Origin: an uncultured delta proteobacterium | GTDB lineage: Bacteria; Myxococcota_A; Polyangia; Polyangiales; Polyangiaceae | NCBI GenBank assembly: GCA_963850305.1 | Contig: CAWKKR010000001.1 | Coordinates: 800,001-864,000, forward strand | DNA length: 64,000 nucleotides | Direction of reading: 5' to 3' | In this document: in pieces, positions 31,007 to 40,590 of the stretch | Position numbering within the stretch: position 1 is the first letter of the stretch | Layout: each line of letters opens with the position of its first letter | Translations under genes and position numbers: made by a program | The notes under the pieces: generated by a model | Told to the model about the DNA's origin: nothing | The model's database searches: none | What the model saw: the letters and a program-made list of their open reading frames with translations, nothing else

Positions 31007-31789
31007 ATGCCGCCACTCGAGCGACTCCAGCGAGCGGGGTTCATCATACTCTGCGCATCGGCGTCGAGCGGCTGTCGGAAGCCGACCTCCGAGGCGCCCC
31101 CGCCGCCGAAGGTCGCGGCCGCCGCGGATCTGGCGCTCGCCTTCGGGGAAGCGGGCGACGCCTTCGCTCGGGAGTCCGGGACGAAGCCTGTCTTCACCTT
31201 CGGCTCGACGGGGCTCCTGGCGAAACAACTGGAGCAAGGTGCTCCGTTCGATCTCTTCGCCGCCGCGAACGTCGCTTACGCAGACGAGGCTGTGAAGAGC
31301 GGCGCGTGCGACGCGACGACGAAGGCGCTCTACGGGCGCGGTCGCGTCGTGCTCTGGTCGAGAAGCGGCCTCACGACGGCACCGCCCCGATCCGTGGCGG
31401 ATCTCGCCGACCCGCGCTTCGAGCGCATCGCCATCGCGAATCCCGAGCACGCGCCCTACGGACGCGCGGCGCAGCAAGCTCTGGAGCACGCCGGAGTTTG
31501 GGCCACCGTGAAGCCCCGGGTCGTCTTTGGTGAGAACGTCCAGCAAACGTACGAGTTTGCGGAGACGGGCAACGCGGACGTCGCGATCGTCGCGCTCTCG
31601 CTCGCCATCGGGGCGAAGAGCGGCGTGACGGTCCCGATCGACGACGCCCTTTACGCACCGATCGACCAGGCCATGGTCGTGTGCACCCACGGCAAGAACC
31701 CGAGCGGTGGCAAGAGCTTCGCAGCGTTCGTGAATAGCCCGCCGGGGAGGGCCATCATGGACCGCTACGGGTTCCGGCTTTCCAGGTAG
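31007..31789 (+). CDS. modA: Molybdate ABC transporter substrate-binding lipoprotein
   Basis: VAAAADL, FGSTGLLAKQLEQGAPFDLFAAAN, IAIANPEHAPYGRAA, GENVQQ, PIDQ. Start 31007 or GTG 30968. Confidence 0.93.
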   Translation: MPPLERLQRAGFIILCASASSGCRKPTSEAPPPPKVAAAADLALAFGEAGDAFARESGTKPVFTFGSTGLLAKQLEQGAPFDLFAAANVAYADEAVKSGACDATTKALYGRGRVVLWSRSGLTTAPPRSVADLADPRFERIAIANPEHAPYGRAAQQALEHAGVWATVKPRVVFGENVQQTYEFAETGNADVAIVALSLAIGAKSGVTVPIDDALYAPIDQAMVVCTHGKNPSGGKSFAAFVNSPPGRAIMDRYGFRLSR

Positions 31790-31840
31790 TCCTTATCGTG
31801 CCCTTGCTCTAATGTAGGCGCGCGTGTCTCCGGCGACGCC

Positions 31841-32512
31841 ATGAGCGCAGCCCATTTTGCTCCGCTCGTCTTGAGCTTCGAGGTAGCGGGTATCGCCGTC
31901 GTCATCGCAGCGATCCTCGGCATCGGCATCGCCGCGTTGCTTGCGGGCCGAAAGCTCCCCGGAGGCGATCTCATCGACGGCCTGGTCACCGCGCCCATGG
32001 TCTTGCCGCCCACCGTCCTCGGCTATTACGTGCTCGTCCTTTGCGGCAGAACGAGCCCGCTCGGGAAGGCCTTCGAGTCCCTCACCGGCGTGTCGCTCGT
32101 CTTCTCGATGACCGGCATCGTGCTCGCCGCGACGATCGAGGCGCTGCCGCTGGTCATCATGTCGTCGCGGGCCGCGCTCGAGAATGTGGACCGAACGCTC
32201 CCGCGCGCCGCACGCACCCTCGGCGCGAGCCCCTTCCGCGCCTTTCTCACGGTCGAGCTCCCCATCGCGGCGCCCGGCATCCTTTCGGGACTCATGCTGG
32301 GCTTCGCGCGCGCTCTCGGGGACTTCGGCGTCACGCTCATGGTCGGTGGCAACATCCCCGGCGAAACGCAGACCGCATCGCTCGCCATCTACGACGCCAT
32401 CTCGGCGGATCGCGACCGAGACGCGCTCGGCATGATCCTCATCCTGACGTTCGTCACCGTCGTGGTCCTTTACTTCGCGGGACGGCTCGGCCGGGCGACG
32501 CGTGCCGTCTGA
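31841..32512 (+). CDS. modB: Molybdate ABC transporter permease
   Basis: PMVLPPTVLGYY, AARTLGAS, FARALGDFGVTLMVGGNIPGETQT. Confidence 0.95.
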   Translation: MSAAHFAPLVLSFEVAGIAVVIAAILGIGIAALLAGRKLPGGDLIDGLVTAPMVLPPTVLGYYVLVLCGRTSPLGKAFESLTGVSLVFSMTGIVLAATIEALPLVIMSSRAALENVDRTLPRAARTLGASPFRAFLTVELPIAAPGILSGLMLGFARALGDFGVTLMVGGNIPGETQTASLAIYDAISADRDRDALGMILILTFVTVVVLYFAGRLGRATRAV

Positions 32513-33200
32513 GACGCTGCGCGCGCGAGTGCGTGTGAAGGTCGGGGCGTTCGTGATCGATGTGGCGCTCGAGGTGCCCCCTGGAATCACGGTCCTGTTC
32601 GGCCCCTCCGGGTCCGGCAAGAGCACCACTCTGGCGGCGATCGCCGGCCTCCTGCGCCCCGAGGTCGGCCGTGTCGCGCTCGGAGACACGGCATGGTTCG
32701 ACGCGGAGCTCGGCATCGATTCGCCACCCGAGCTCCGGAGCGTGTCGCTCGTCTTTCAGTCGCTCGCGCTCTTCCCGCATCTCACGGCGCTCGAGAACGT
32801 CGAGTACGGCATCGACCGTCGAATGCCCCGCGCCGAACGAGTCCGTCGCGCTCGCGAGATGCTGGACCGCATGAAGGTGCCGCACGTCGCGGCGCGGAAG
32901 CCGGCCACGTTCTCGGGTGGAGAGGCGCAGCGCGTCGCCCTGGCGCGCGGGTTCGCGAGGAAGCCCCGGCTCGTGCTCCTCGACGAAGCGTTCTCCGCGC
33001 TCGACCGGGAGCTCCGGTACGAGCTCGGCGCCGACGTCCGCTCGATGATCTCGGAGCTCGACGTCCCGGCGATCGTCGTGACCCATCACCGCATGGAGGC
33101 TCGAAGTCTCGGCGACCGCGCCATTCTCTTGCGGAACGGGCTGGTGGAAAAGACGGGCCCCGCGAGACAGGTCATTCCGGCGCCCGAGCGCGAAGAGTGA
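32502..33200 (+). CDS. modC: Molybdate ABC transporter ATPase (no C-terminal TOBE/Mop domain)
   Basis: ITVLFGPSGSGKSTTL, VFQSLALFPHL, FSGGEAQRVALAR, LLDEAFSALD; only 232 aa. Confidence 0.92.
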   Translation: MPSETLRARVRVKVGAFVIDVALEVPPGITVLFGPSGSGKSTTLAAIAGLLRPEVGRVALGDTAWFDAELGIDSPPELRSVSLVFQSLALFPHLTALENVEYGIDRRMPRAERVRRAREMLDRMKVPHVAARKPATFSGGEAQRVALARGFARKPRLVLLDEAFSALDRELRYELGADVRSMISELDVPAIVVTHHRMEARSLGDRAILLRNGLVEKTGPARQVIPAPEREE

Positions 33201-33228
33201 CACAGCGCGCCAGGGAGGCGGTCCAGCC

Positions 33229-34203
33229 TCACCGCGACACGGTGACGTCGCGCGCCAGCACGTCGACGCCGCCCCGAGAATCACGGAGCGCGAGCCAGAG
33301 ACGAACGACACCAGGCGCATCGGGAGCCGTCCATCGGTTCGTCATCGACAGAGCCAGGTCGCTCGCGCTCCGGCTCGTCGATTCCGTGTCGAGCTCTCCC
33401 GCGGTCACGTTCCAGGCGAGCTGCATCGACTCCCGCTCCGTTCCCAGTAATCCGGTGCCGGCATCGACGTACGCGAACGTCTCGACGTCCGCCGCGTCCC
33501 AGCTCGCCGTCAGGTCCACCCGGGCTCCCGCCGGCACGTCCGATAGATCGACGGCGCGCCCGTCGATAGCCCCGGCCAGTGACGCGATGTGGGGATTCTG
33601 GTTGGGCAAGTACGCCTGCGCAAAGGCCGACGCGACGTCCGCGGAGGCGTTGGCCACGCCACACGACACGCGGGCCAGATGAAAGACGGGAGCCTCGCGG
33701 TCCAGGTCGACGCGTAGCGGCTGGTAATATCCGCCCGTGACGTCGGGATCGCGCGGACGAAACCCGCCCGGCGCCGCGATCGGGCCGAAGAGCGTACAGG
33801 CGTCGAAGGGCGTCTGCGCGACGACGGAATCGCCCTCTCCAAGCTGGCGCAGCGACGCCGCATCGAGGCACGCCGACGAAACCACGGCGTTCTCCGCGGG
33901 GGACTTGGGCGCCGTGCAAAACGCGAAGGTCGCGACGTCTCGACCGCCGTCTCCCGCGGGGTCGGCGATGAACGCAGTATACGTCGCCGACTCGCCCGGC
34001 TTCGTCTCGGCGGGCTCGCCCTTCACGGCAATGACTCGCGGGGAGGTCACGAGCCAGTCGTTCGACGGCAAGTGCGGCTCGCACGCGACGAACCCGAGAG
34101 CGAGAAGAGTCAGGGCTCCAAGCAAGGGGGCCTTGCCCCCGCGGCTCGCTTCGCGACCGCTCCCCCGCCGCCTTCGGCGGGCTCGCTTCGCTCGCGAAGT
34201 CAT
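33229..34203 (-). CDS. Hypothetical lipoprotein, last gene of TBDT operon (repeat element inside the N-terminus)
   Basis: ATGA-coupled to the receptor stop; LALGFVAC lipobox; PRVIAVKGEPAE, NQNP, WLALRDSRGG. Confidence 0.8.
   Translation of the reverse strand: MTSRAKRARRRRRGSGREASRGGKAPLLGALTLLALGFVACEPHLPSNDWLVTSPRVIAVKGEPAETKPGESATYTAFIADPAGDGGRDVATFAFCTAPKSPAENAVVSSACLDAASLRQLGEGDSVVAQTPFDACTLFGPIAAPGGFRPRDPDVTGGYYQPLRVDLDREAPVFHLARVSCGVANASADVASAFAQAYLPNQNPHIASLAGAIDGRAVDLSDVPAGARVDLTASWDAADVETFAYVDAGTGLLGTERESMQLAWNVTAGELDTESTSRSASDLALSMTNRWTAPDAPGVVRLWLALRDSRGGVDVLARDVTVSR
34123..34195 (+). repeat. Triple-hairpin REP-like element, copy A (intragenic)
   Basis: CAAGGGGGCCTTGCCCCC-GCGGCTCGCTTCGCGACCGC-TCCCCCGCCGCCTTCGGCGGG-CTCGCTTCGCTCGC, homologous to the 41.8-kb units. 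Confidence 0.9.
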
Positions 34204-36623
34204 AAGTCGAGCCTCGCTCCGAGGACGCCGAGCGCGGGGAGGCCCGTGATGACGCCGCGCTTGGCGTAGGCTGCGGTGTACTCGTACTCGGCCGCGTTCG
34301 GGTGGTTCGTCACGTTCAACGCTTCGAGATAGATGGAGAGCCGTGCGCGCGCGCCGAGGGAAAAACGCCGATCGACGCGCAGATCGAGCTGCCAGAAATC
34401 GGGCAACCGGATCGAGTTCTGAGCGCCGAAGATGGGCTGATACACATCGTCCTTGTCGTCGTAGAGGGCTCCGGTGACGGGCGTACGCGGGAGACCGCTA
34501 GCAAAGCGGAACCGCGCGCCGAAGGTGAAGGGACCGACGGCCTGGTTCCCGGCGAGCGCGAGCACGTCGGGCTCGTCTTCGTCCGCCAGGTGATAACTTG
34601 CGCCGGGCGCGTCGCGGCGCTCGCTCCTCGAGATGGTGCAAGCGACCCATCCAGAGAAGCCGTGCCACCGGCGCTGGCGGAGCATGACCTGCACACCGTA
34701 GCTCCGGCCCACGCCGTCCTGCAGGAGCGCGTGCGCGAGCTTCGGGGTCGGTGACGGATCGCGCACGGCGAGATCGGTCATCCGCTTGTAGAAGCCGAGC
34801 ACCGTCGCCGATAGGGTCGGCGTGATCTCCACGCTCTCGCCGACGCTCGCGTGGTACGCGGACTCCGGGCCGAGCGCCGGAGACCCGAACACGGCGCTCA
34901 GATCGGACGGCGCGGGTGGCTGCGTGTAGATCCCTCCCGCAACGAGCGCGACGACCCGCCGCGACAGTCGGACCCGCGACGAGAACCGCGGCTCGAGCTC
35001 GAAGTCGAGCCGCGACGACCCGATCGCCGGGGTGAGACCGACCTTCGGCGTCGTTCGACTCGCGTCGATCAGATATGCGTCGGCGCGGAGGGACGGCGTG
35101 ACCGTCACCGGACCCCAGTCGAAGTCGAGAATGGCATAGGGCGCGACGTCGACGATGGCGGCGCGCCAGGCGTCACTCGCCGTGTCATCGCCCGGCACTT
35201 CACCGAAGACGGTCACGTCGTTTTCGCGTGCGGGCAAGCTGAACGAACCGCTCCGCGAAAGGCTCGCGTGCGTTCCCGTCCCATCCACGCCGAGCGCAAG
35301 CGTCGTCCGCGAGTCGAGGCGGGACCGATGATCCGCGCGCAGTCCCCATCGCAAGTCGTGTTCCTCGAGCAACGCCGGAGTCGATCCGAACTGGCCGTCG
35401 AAGCGACTCGTGTCGCTGCCGACCCACGGAGTCACGTCGACCCGAGCGCCGTCGCTCTCGGTGCGCTCGTAGCGGAGCGCCAGCCGTTCGAACCCTGTCG
35501 TCGTCGTCGCGCGCTGCGTGTGCGCTGGATCCGCGTCCGCGCCGACCTGAGTCAGTTCGTCGTGGGAGCCCAGAAAAAGCACACTCAGCGACTCTCGCGC
35601 ACGCAGATCGAGCTCGAGCTTCGCCTGGTAGTCGTCGTAGCGCGGGATCGGAAAGACCGCGGCGGAGCCGGGGTTGCCGATCGCGGAAACGACGCCGTCG
35701 AGCCAACCGTAGCGCCCGGCGACGGCGAGCCGCACGCGGTCGCCCACGGTGCCAGTCACGAACGCCGATCCGTCGAGCACGCTCGCGTCCGCGGAGCCAT
35801 GCCAGCCGTCGCGCGGGAGCTCGCGGGTATCGACGCGGACTATGCCGCCGAGCGCGCGGCCGTCGTCGGCCCCATACGCACCGGGCGAGAGCGAGAGGGC
35901 GGCGATCAGATCGCCGTTGACGGTGCTGCGCAGCGCTTCGCCGTGGAAGAGCGACGGGATCTCGACGCCATCGACATAGACGCGCGTGTCCTGCGCGGGT
36001 GAGCCCCAGACGACGAGCGGATCCGCGCCGAGAGACGCGTGGGCCACGCCCGGAAGATCTTCCACGACCTTCGCCGGGTCACCCGCGGTTCCGGCGACGG
36101 ACGCGGCCTCTGCGGCGTCGAGTTTCGTCTCGATCGCGTCGCGCCGGGACCGCATGCCACGCACCACGACGCCGCTCGGTGTCTCCGGCAAGGCCAGCGC
36201 GAGGCTCGGCACGGATCGCGACCCCGGTGCGACGACAGTCGGCGGCGGGGCGTACGCGAACGTGTACCGGTAACGGATCTTCGCGGCGACGATCCGACCC
36301 TCGCGTCGAGCCGGCGCGAACACGAAGCGCCGAGCGGCCGCCGCGGCGGCTGCATCGAAGTCGGCTCCCCCCGAGCGCACGACTCTCGCGCCCGCGACGC
36401 GGCCGTCGATACCCACCGTGAGCACGAGGTCGACCGTCGACGAACGCGTCTCGCGCAGCGGAAACGGCGCGGCGACGAACGTGACGAGCGTCGGCGGCGT
36501 CGTCGTGAGCTCGGGCGCGTGGACCGGCGCGTCCGCGTGGACAGAGGGCGAAGCAAACACTGCCGCCAGGACGGCGGCGCGAACGGCGCGCGCGACCCGA
36601 AGGGCACGGCGCTCAGGGCACAT
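34200..36623 (-). CDS. TonB-dependent receptor with N-terminal TonB-C-like domain
   Basis: TVGIDGRV..ARVVRSGG..FDAAAAAAARRFVFAPA (TonB-C); plug GTAGDPAKVVEDLPGV...YVDGVEIP.LFH; barrel ending LPDFWQLDLRVD...NVTN...LGARLDL. Confidence 0.92.
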   Translation of the reverse strand: MCPERRALRVARAVRAAVLAAVFASPSVHADAPVHAPELTTTPPTLVTFVAAPFPLRETRSSTVDLVLTVGIDGRVAGARVVRSGGADFDAAAAAAARRFVFAPARREGRIVAAKIRYRYTFAYAPPPTVVAPGSRSVPSLALALPETPSGVVVRGMRSRRDAIETKLDAAEAASVAGTAGDPAKVVEDLPGVAHASLGADPLVVWGSPAQDTRVYVDGVEIPSLFHGEALRSTVNGDLIAALSLSPGAYGADDGRALGGIVRVDTRELPRDGWHGSADASVLDGSAFVTGTVGDRVRLAVAGRYGWLDGVVSAIGNPGSAAVFPIPRYDDYQAKLELDLRARESLSVLFLGSHDELTQVGADADPAHTQRATTTTGFERLALRYERTESDGARVDVTPWVGSDTSRFDGQFGSTPALLEEHDLRWGLRADHRSRLDSRTTLALGVDGTGTHASLSRSGSFSLPARENDVTVFGEVPGDDTASDAWRAAIVDVAPYAILDFDWGPVTVTPSLRADAYLIDASRTTPKVGLTPAIGSSRLDFELEPRFSSRVRLSRRVVALVAGGIYTQPPAPSDLSAVFGSPALGPESAYHASVGESVEITPTLSATVLGFYKRMTDLAVRDPSPTPKLAHALLQDGVGRSYGVQVMLRQRRWHGFSGWVACTISRSERRDAPGASYHLADEDEPDVLALAGNQAVGPFTFGARFRFASGLPRTPVTGALYDDKDDVYQPIFGAQNSIRLPDFWQLDLRVDRRFSLGARARLSIYLEALNVTNHPNAAEYEYTAAYAKRGVITGLPALGVLGARLDL

Positions 36624-37497
36624 CGAACGTCAGCACGAGCGTCCCTGCGCCTCGATCGTGCGCTCCCCATGTGTCCTGATCGAGCGCGATGCCTTCGGCG
36701 GCGCCGACCGACTTACCGTGGAGAAGCGCACGCACTTGATAGTGCGCGATCACCTGCCCGCAGAGCGACGCCGCATCGACACGGACCAGGTATTTTCCCG
36801 ACGGCGGGTCGGTCGCCCAGGTCACGTCCTCTTGGCGGCGCCCGTCGATGACGCAATTGGCGTTCGAGTCGACATCGAGAATGCCGGGGTTCTGGTCGGT
36901 CGAGCCGCCGGGAGCGTAGGCGTTCGCCGACGTTGGATTGCCGTGGAAGATCTCGTTGCCGAGCGGGTCGACGACGTGAAGATCGAGGTCCGACTCCGTG
37001 TCCCACGTCAGCGTCACGACGAGCGCGCCGTTCAGGGCACTTCCCGGCGGTCCATCCAGCGCGGTCAACGGCTGAGTGCTCGCGGAACCGACGAGACCGT
37101 TCACGTCCACCGCTCGGACTTCCAGGGTGTAAGCTCCGGGTAAAAGCGTGGTCGCGAACTGCGCGGTCGCGCGGAACGACGGCAGAGTCGGGGTGGAGAC
37201 GTCCGGAGGACCCGAGAGGACGATCCAGTAACCGTCATCCCCGACGAGATCGACGAGCGCGCTCGTGGCGGTCGGACCGAGCGCACCGGTGAGCAGCTTG
37301 TCGTCGTAGCCGGGCCAGATCGTGTTCGTCAGCAGATCGATCGACTCCACACTCGGTCCGCCCGACGGCGCGGGCGGTTTCCCCGGCACGAACTGGGCGC
37401 CGTCCACGCGCATCATGGACGACAGCGCGGGGTCGTCGGTGGCGCCTTCCGTACACGCCGAGAGGAGCATCGCGAGAACGACGTGGACGGGACGCAT
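36613..37497 (-). CDS. Lipoprotein with YfaP/DUF2135-like C-terminal domain
   Basis: LLSAC lipobox; VTLTWDTESDLDLHVVDP...LDVDSNANC...QEDVTW. Confidence 0.8.
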   Translation of the reverse strand: MRPVHVVLAMLLSACTEGATDDPALSSMMRVDGAQFVPGKPPAPSGGPSVESIDLLTNTIWPGYDDKLLTGALGPTATSALVDLVGDDGYWIVLSGPPDVSTPTLPSFRATAQFATTLLPGAYTLEVRAVDVNGLVGSASTQPLTALDGPPGSALNGALVVTLTWDTESDLDLHVVDPLGNEIFHGNPTSANAYAPGGSTDQNPGILDVDSNANCVIDGRRQEDVTWATDPPSGKYLVRVDAASLCGQVIAHYQVRALLHGKSVGAAEGIALDQDTWGAHDRGAGTLVLTFDVP

Positions 37498-39041
37498 CAG
37501 AATGCCGCCTGCGCGCGCACGGTCAGCGCATCGCTCTTCAGTGTGGTCGGCGCTCCGTTCTGGTCACGGCCGAGCGCGTTCCAGTTCTTGTCGTATTCGA
37601 TCGAGAGGCGCTGGAGTCCGCACCGGAACATCGCCAGGAGCGCGAGCGTGCCGTAGCTCCGGTCGACAGGGACGACCTGGATGGCCTGCTGCTCGCGCGC
37701 ATCCTGGTCGGGGTCGTAATGATCGTACCGCACGCCGACGAGCGCCCACTTCGTGATCTCCTGCGTCGCGCCGACGTAATAACCGAGCTCGCGGAGACCG
37801 TAGCCCGCGCCGACGGGATCGGCGGGCTCGATGCCGCGATCCAGGTTCTCCGAGCGGACGATCTCGGCGCGTAGCGACAGCGCCGCGCCCGGCGAGAACT
37901 CCAACCGGAGCCGCACGTCGCCACCGATGGCGAACCGGTGGAACGTCTGGGACGCCGTCGCGGACGATCCCGGGATCACCTGGATCTCCGTCGCCTGCAC
38001 GATGCCGTCTCCGTTTTCGTCGCGCCAGACCACCTGATCCTTGGTCGTCGGGGTACCCTCATGAAAGCCGCTCCCCGTATCCGCGGAGACCCCGGCGTCG
38101 AACCGGACGCCGCGAACGAGCTCGGCGCCGGTGCCGAGCCGGCCGACGATTTCCTTCGCGGCCAGGGGCGCGAGCGCCGGAAAGACGCGGTCGCCGATCG
38201 GGTTGCCGTTCATGACGGCCACGGCCAGCTCGAACCCCCGGTAACGGATCCGGGCACGGGCACCGAGATCGAACTCGCCCGGAAAGAGCGCGCGCATCAC
38301 CGTGGAGCGCTCGAGAAAAGGGCGCACGTTGTCGAGCTCCGGAACCTCGAACCCGAACGGGATCTTCATGAGGCCGGCGGTCAGGAGAAGATCCGGGAGC
38401 CGCGGGTCGCGTTCCGCTGGCCACTTCAGCGATACCTCGGCGTCGATCGGCCGCACCTGGGGGCCGTTCGTCGTGTTCGCGTCGATCTCGAGCGCGCCGC
38501 TCAAGATCCCGCGCTCCGCGTCCACGCGCACGTGTCCGCGCCGGAGCGTGAAGCGGTCCTGGTTCTCCGGGAGGCCCGTCGAGAAATCGATCTGGTTCTG
38601 AGACGCCTGGTCGTGAACGAGCCAGTCGATCTGCACGTACCCGGACAGCCGCGGACGCTGCGCGGCTTCGGCTTCGTCCCTCGCGACGCGCTGCTCGAGC
38701 TTCGCGAGATTTTCCGCGTCTTCACGAACGGCGTCGCGAAGGGCCGCTTCGCCGGATGGAGAGGCGGGCGCGGAGACCACACTCGCGTTCGGAACCAGCG
38801 CGGGCGTCGACGACGCAGGCGCGGACGCTGCGCCCGCGCTCGGCGCCGGGGTCGGGGACGGCGTCGCAGGCGCAGACGCCGCGCTCGGAACCGGAGTCGG
38901 TACCGGCGCGGCAGGCGCGCTCGCACTGGGCGCCGGAGCGACGGTTTCGGCCGCCGGTGGCGCCGCGCCTTCGGCACGTGTGGACGCGGCGAAGGCCACG
39001 ATCCACGACGCGCCGAGGGCCGCGGCCACGCCGGATCTCAC
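37497..39041 (-). CDS. Outer-membrane porin-like protein (OprO/OprP anion-porin-like)
   Basis: GTG 39041 overlapping the upstream stop; signal, Pro/Ala linker, short coiled-coil, LSGYVQ, FTLRRGHV, GLMKIPFGFE, FLERS, C-terminal VRAQAAF. Confidence 0.8.
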   Translation of the reverse strand: MRSGVAAALGASWIVAFAASTRAEGAAPPAAETVAPAPSASAPAAPVPTPVPSAASAPATPSPTPAPSAGAASAPASSTPALVPNASVVSAPASPSGEAALRDAVREDAENLAKLEQRVARDEAEAAQRPRLSGYVQIDWLVHDQASQNQIDFSTGLPENQDRFTLRRGHVRVDAERGILSGALEIDANTTNGPQVRPIDAEVSLKWPAERDPRLPDLLLTAGLMKIPFGFEVPELDNVRPFLERSTVMRALFPGEFDLGARARIRYRGFELAVAVMNGNPIGDRVFPALAPLAAKEIVGRLGTGAELVRGVRFDAGVSADTGSGFHEGTPTTKDQVVWRDENGDGIVQATEIQVIPGSSATASQTFHRFAIGGDVRLRLEFSPGAALSLRAEIVRSENLDRGIEPADPVGAGYGLRELGYYVGATQEITKWALVGVRYDHYDPDQDAREQQAIQVVPVDRSYGTLALLAMFRCGLQRLSIEYDKNWNALGRDQNGAPTTLKSDALTVRAQAAF

Positions 39042-40562
39042 GGCAAGGGCTCGAGCGTACTGGACGGCAACACCACAGTCTTCGCGACAGGCGTCGCCGT
39101 GGTGCAGGCATTCACGAGGTCGGCGTTCGTCGTCGGCGTGCCGCTCACGCACGAGGAGCTCGGCGTGCCGCTCGTGTCGATCGCGTCGGGCTCGCAGAAG
39201 CCGAAGCTACACGCTCCGCCACTGCAATCCGAGCTCGACGTGCACGGCGTGCAGCCGGTCGGGGTCCCCGTCGCGCCAGGGATCTTGCTCAGGTAGTAGC
39301 AGGTGCAGGACGCGGGAGGCGACGCAGGCGACAGAATCGCCGCCGTCCGTCGTGCGCGTCACTTGCATGGCGCACTGGGGAATGAGACCGACCTTGACGA
39401 CGTCCGCGAGCCCGTCGAAGCCGACCCCGCCGTCTCCTGCGGCGGCCTTGCCGAGCACGGCGTCCATCAACGTGGCCACCTCGGGGTTCGTCGGCGTGTT
39501 CGAGCCGTCGACCTTCGTGATGTACACGGTCGGCGACCACAATGTGTAATGGCCGTCGCGCAGGTTCTGCTTGTCGAACGTCGATGACGAAGAATCCGGG
39601 TAATAGGCCGTGTTCTGGTTGAATGCCTTGAACGCGAGCGTCTTGATGCCCTTCCCGCGATTCGCGTCGTAAACCTCCGCGCCGAGGATGCCGATGGTGG
39701 CCTCCGGACTCGTGGAGTTCGTCACGGCGTTCACGACGTCGGTCGACGCGGCTTCGGGAACGCCCTTCCACTTGTTGGGCGGCACGTCGATGTTCTTCGC
39801 CGTCGCGACGAGCGTGCTCTTCGTCGATGGTCGAATGAACAGGAAGCTCTCGTTGTTCCAGGGGTCGTAGGTCGGAGCGAGCGGGTTCGCGTTGCCGAAG
39901 CCGAACGCGTAGTAAGCCTCCTCGGCCCAGATGGCATTCTGGTCGCTCGCCGTCGGGACGATGAAGGTGTACGCCTGGATCGGACCCTGGATGAGCGCGA
40001 GACCCGACGGCGTCGGCCCGAGCCCGCAGCTGTCCACGAACAGGGCGGAGATCGCGACGTCGATCGCCACGCCGGCAGAGCCCGTCGTGCACGTCAGCTC
40101 CGGATCCGAGGGCGTCCAGGACGGATCTTCGGCCGTCGACGGGATGTACTTGAGGGTTCCGTTCGGGACGATGTTCGCGTTCGTGTAGATGTCGTTCGTC
40201 AGCGTGCAGGAACCCGTCAGGTTGAACGCGATCGTGACATCGTCGTGATCGCGAAGGTGACGGCCGACGTTCTTGAGCAGGTTCTCCTGCGTGTCTCCGG
40301 ACTCGATATAGACGACCTTTCCGGGCAACTTGCCGCAGGTGCCCTGCGCCGAGCCCGCGTCGCTCCGGCCGCCATCGGCGACGGACCCGTCCTTCGTCGG
40401 AGGGGTGACGTGACCGTGACCTGCATCGGCCGGCGACCCGGAGTCGGGAGAGGACCCCGCATCGTTGTCGGCGGTCGTCGTCGGGTGCTTCTTGCTCGAG
40501 GAGCAAGCCGCGACGAGCAACATCAAAGAAGCGAGCTTCAAACCGTGTACTCGTTGGCTCAT
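39038..40562 (-). CDS. Periplasmic-binding-protein-like lipoprotein with Cys-rich tail (+1 frameshift at ~39335)
   Basis: LLVAAC lipobox; alpha/beta PBP-like core (FIRPSTKST, TIGIL, LRDGHYTLWSP). Deleting one base restores GGDLS..SCTCYY...DLVNACTT...LEPLP* with TGA at 39038, coupled to the porin GTG. Confidence 0.72.
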
Positions 40563-40590
40563 TCACGGACTCCCTTACGCGTATTCGATT

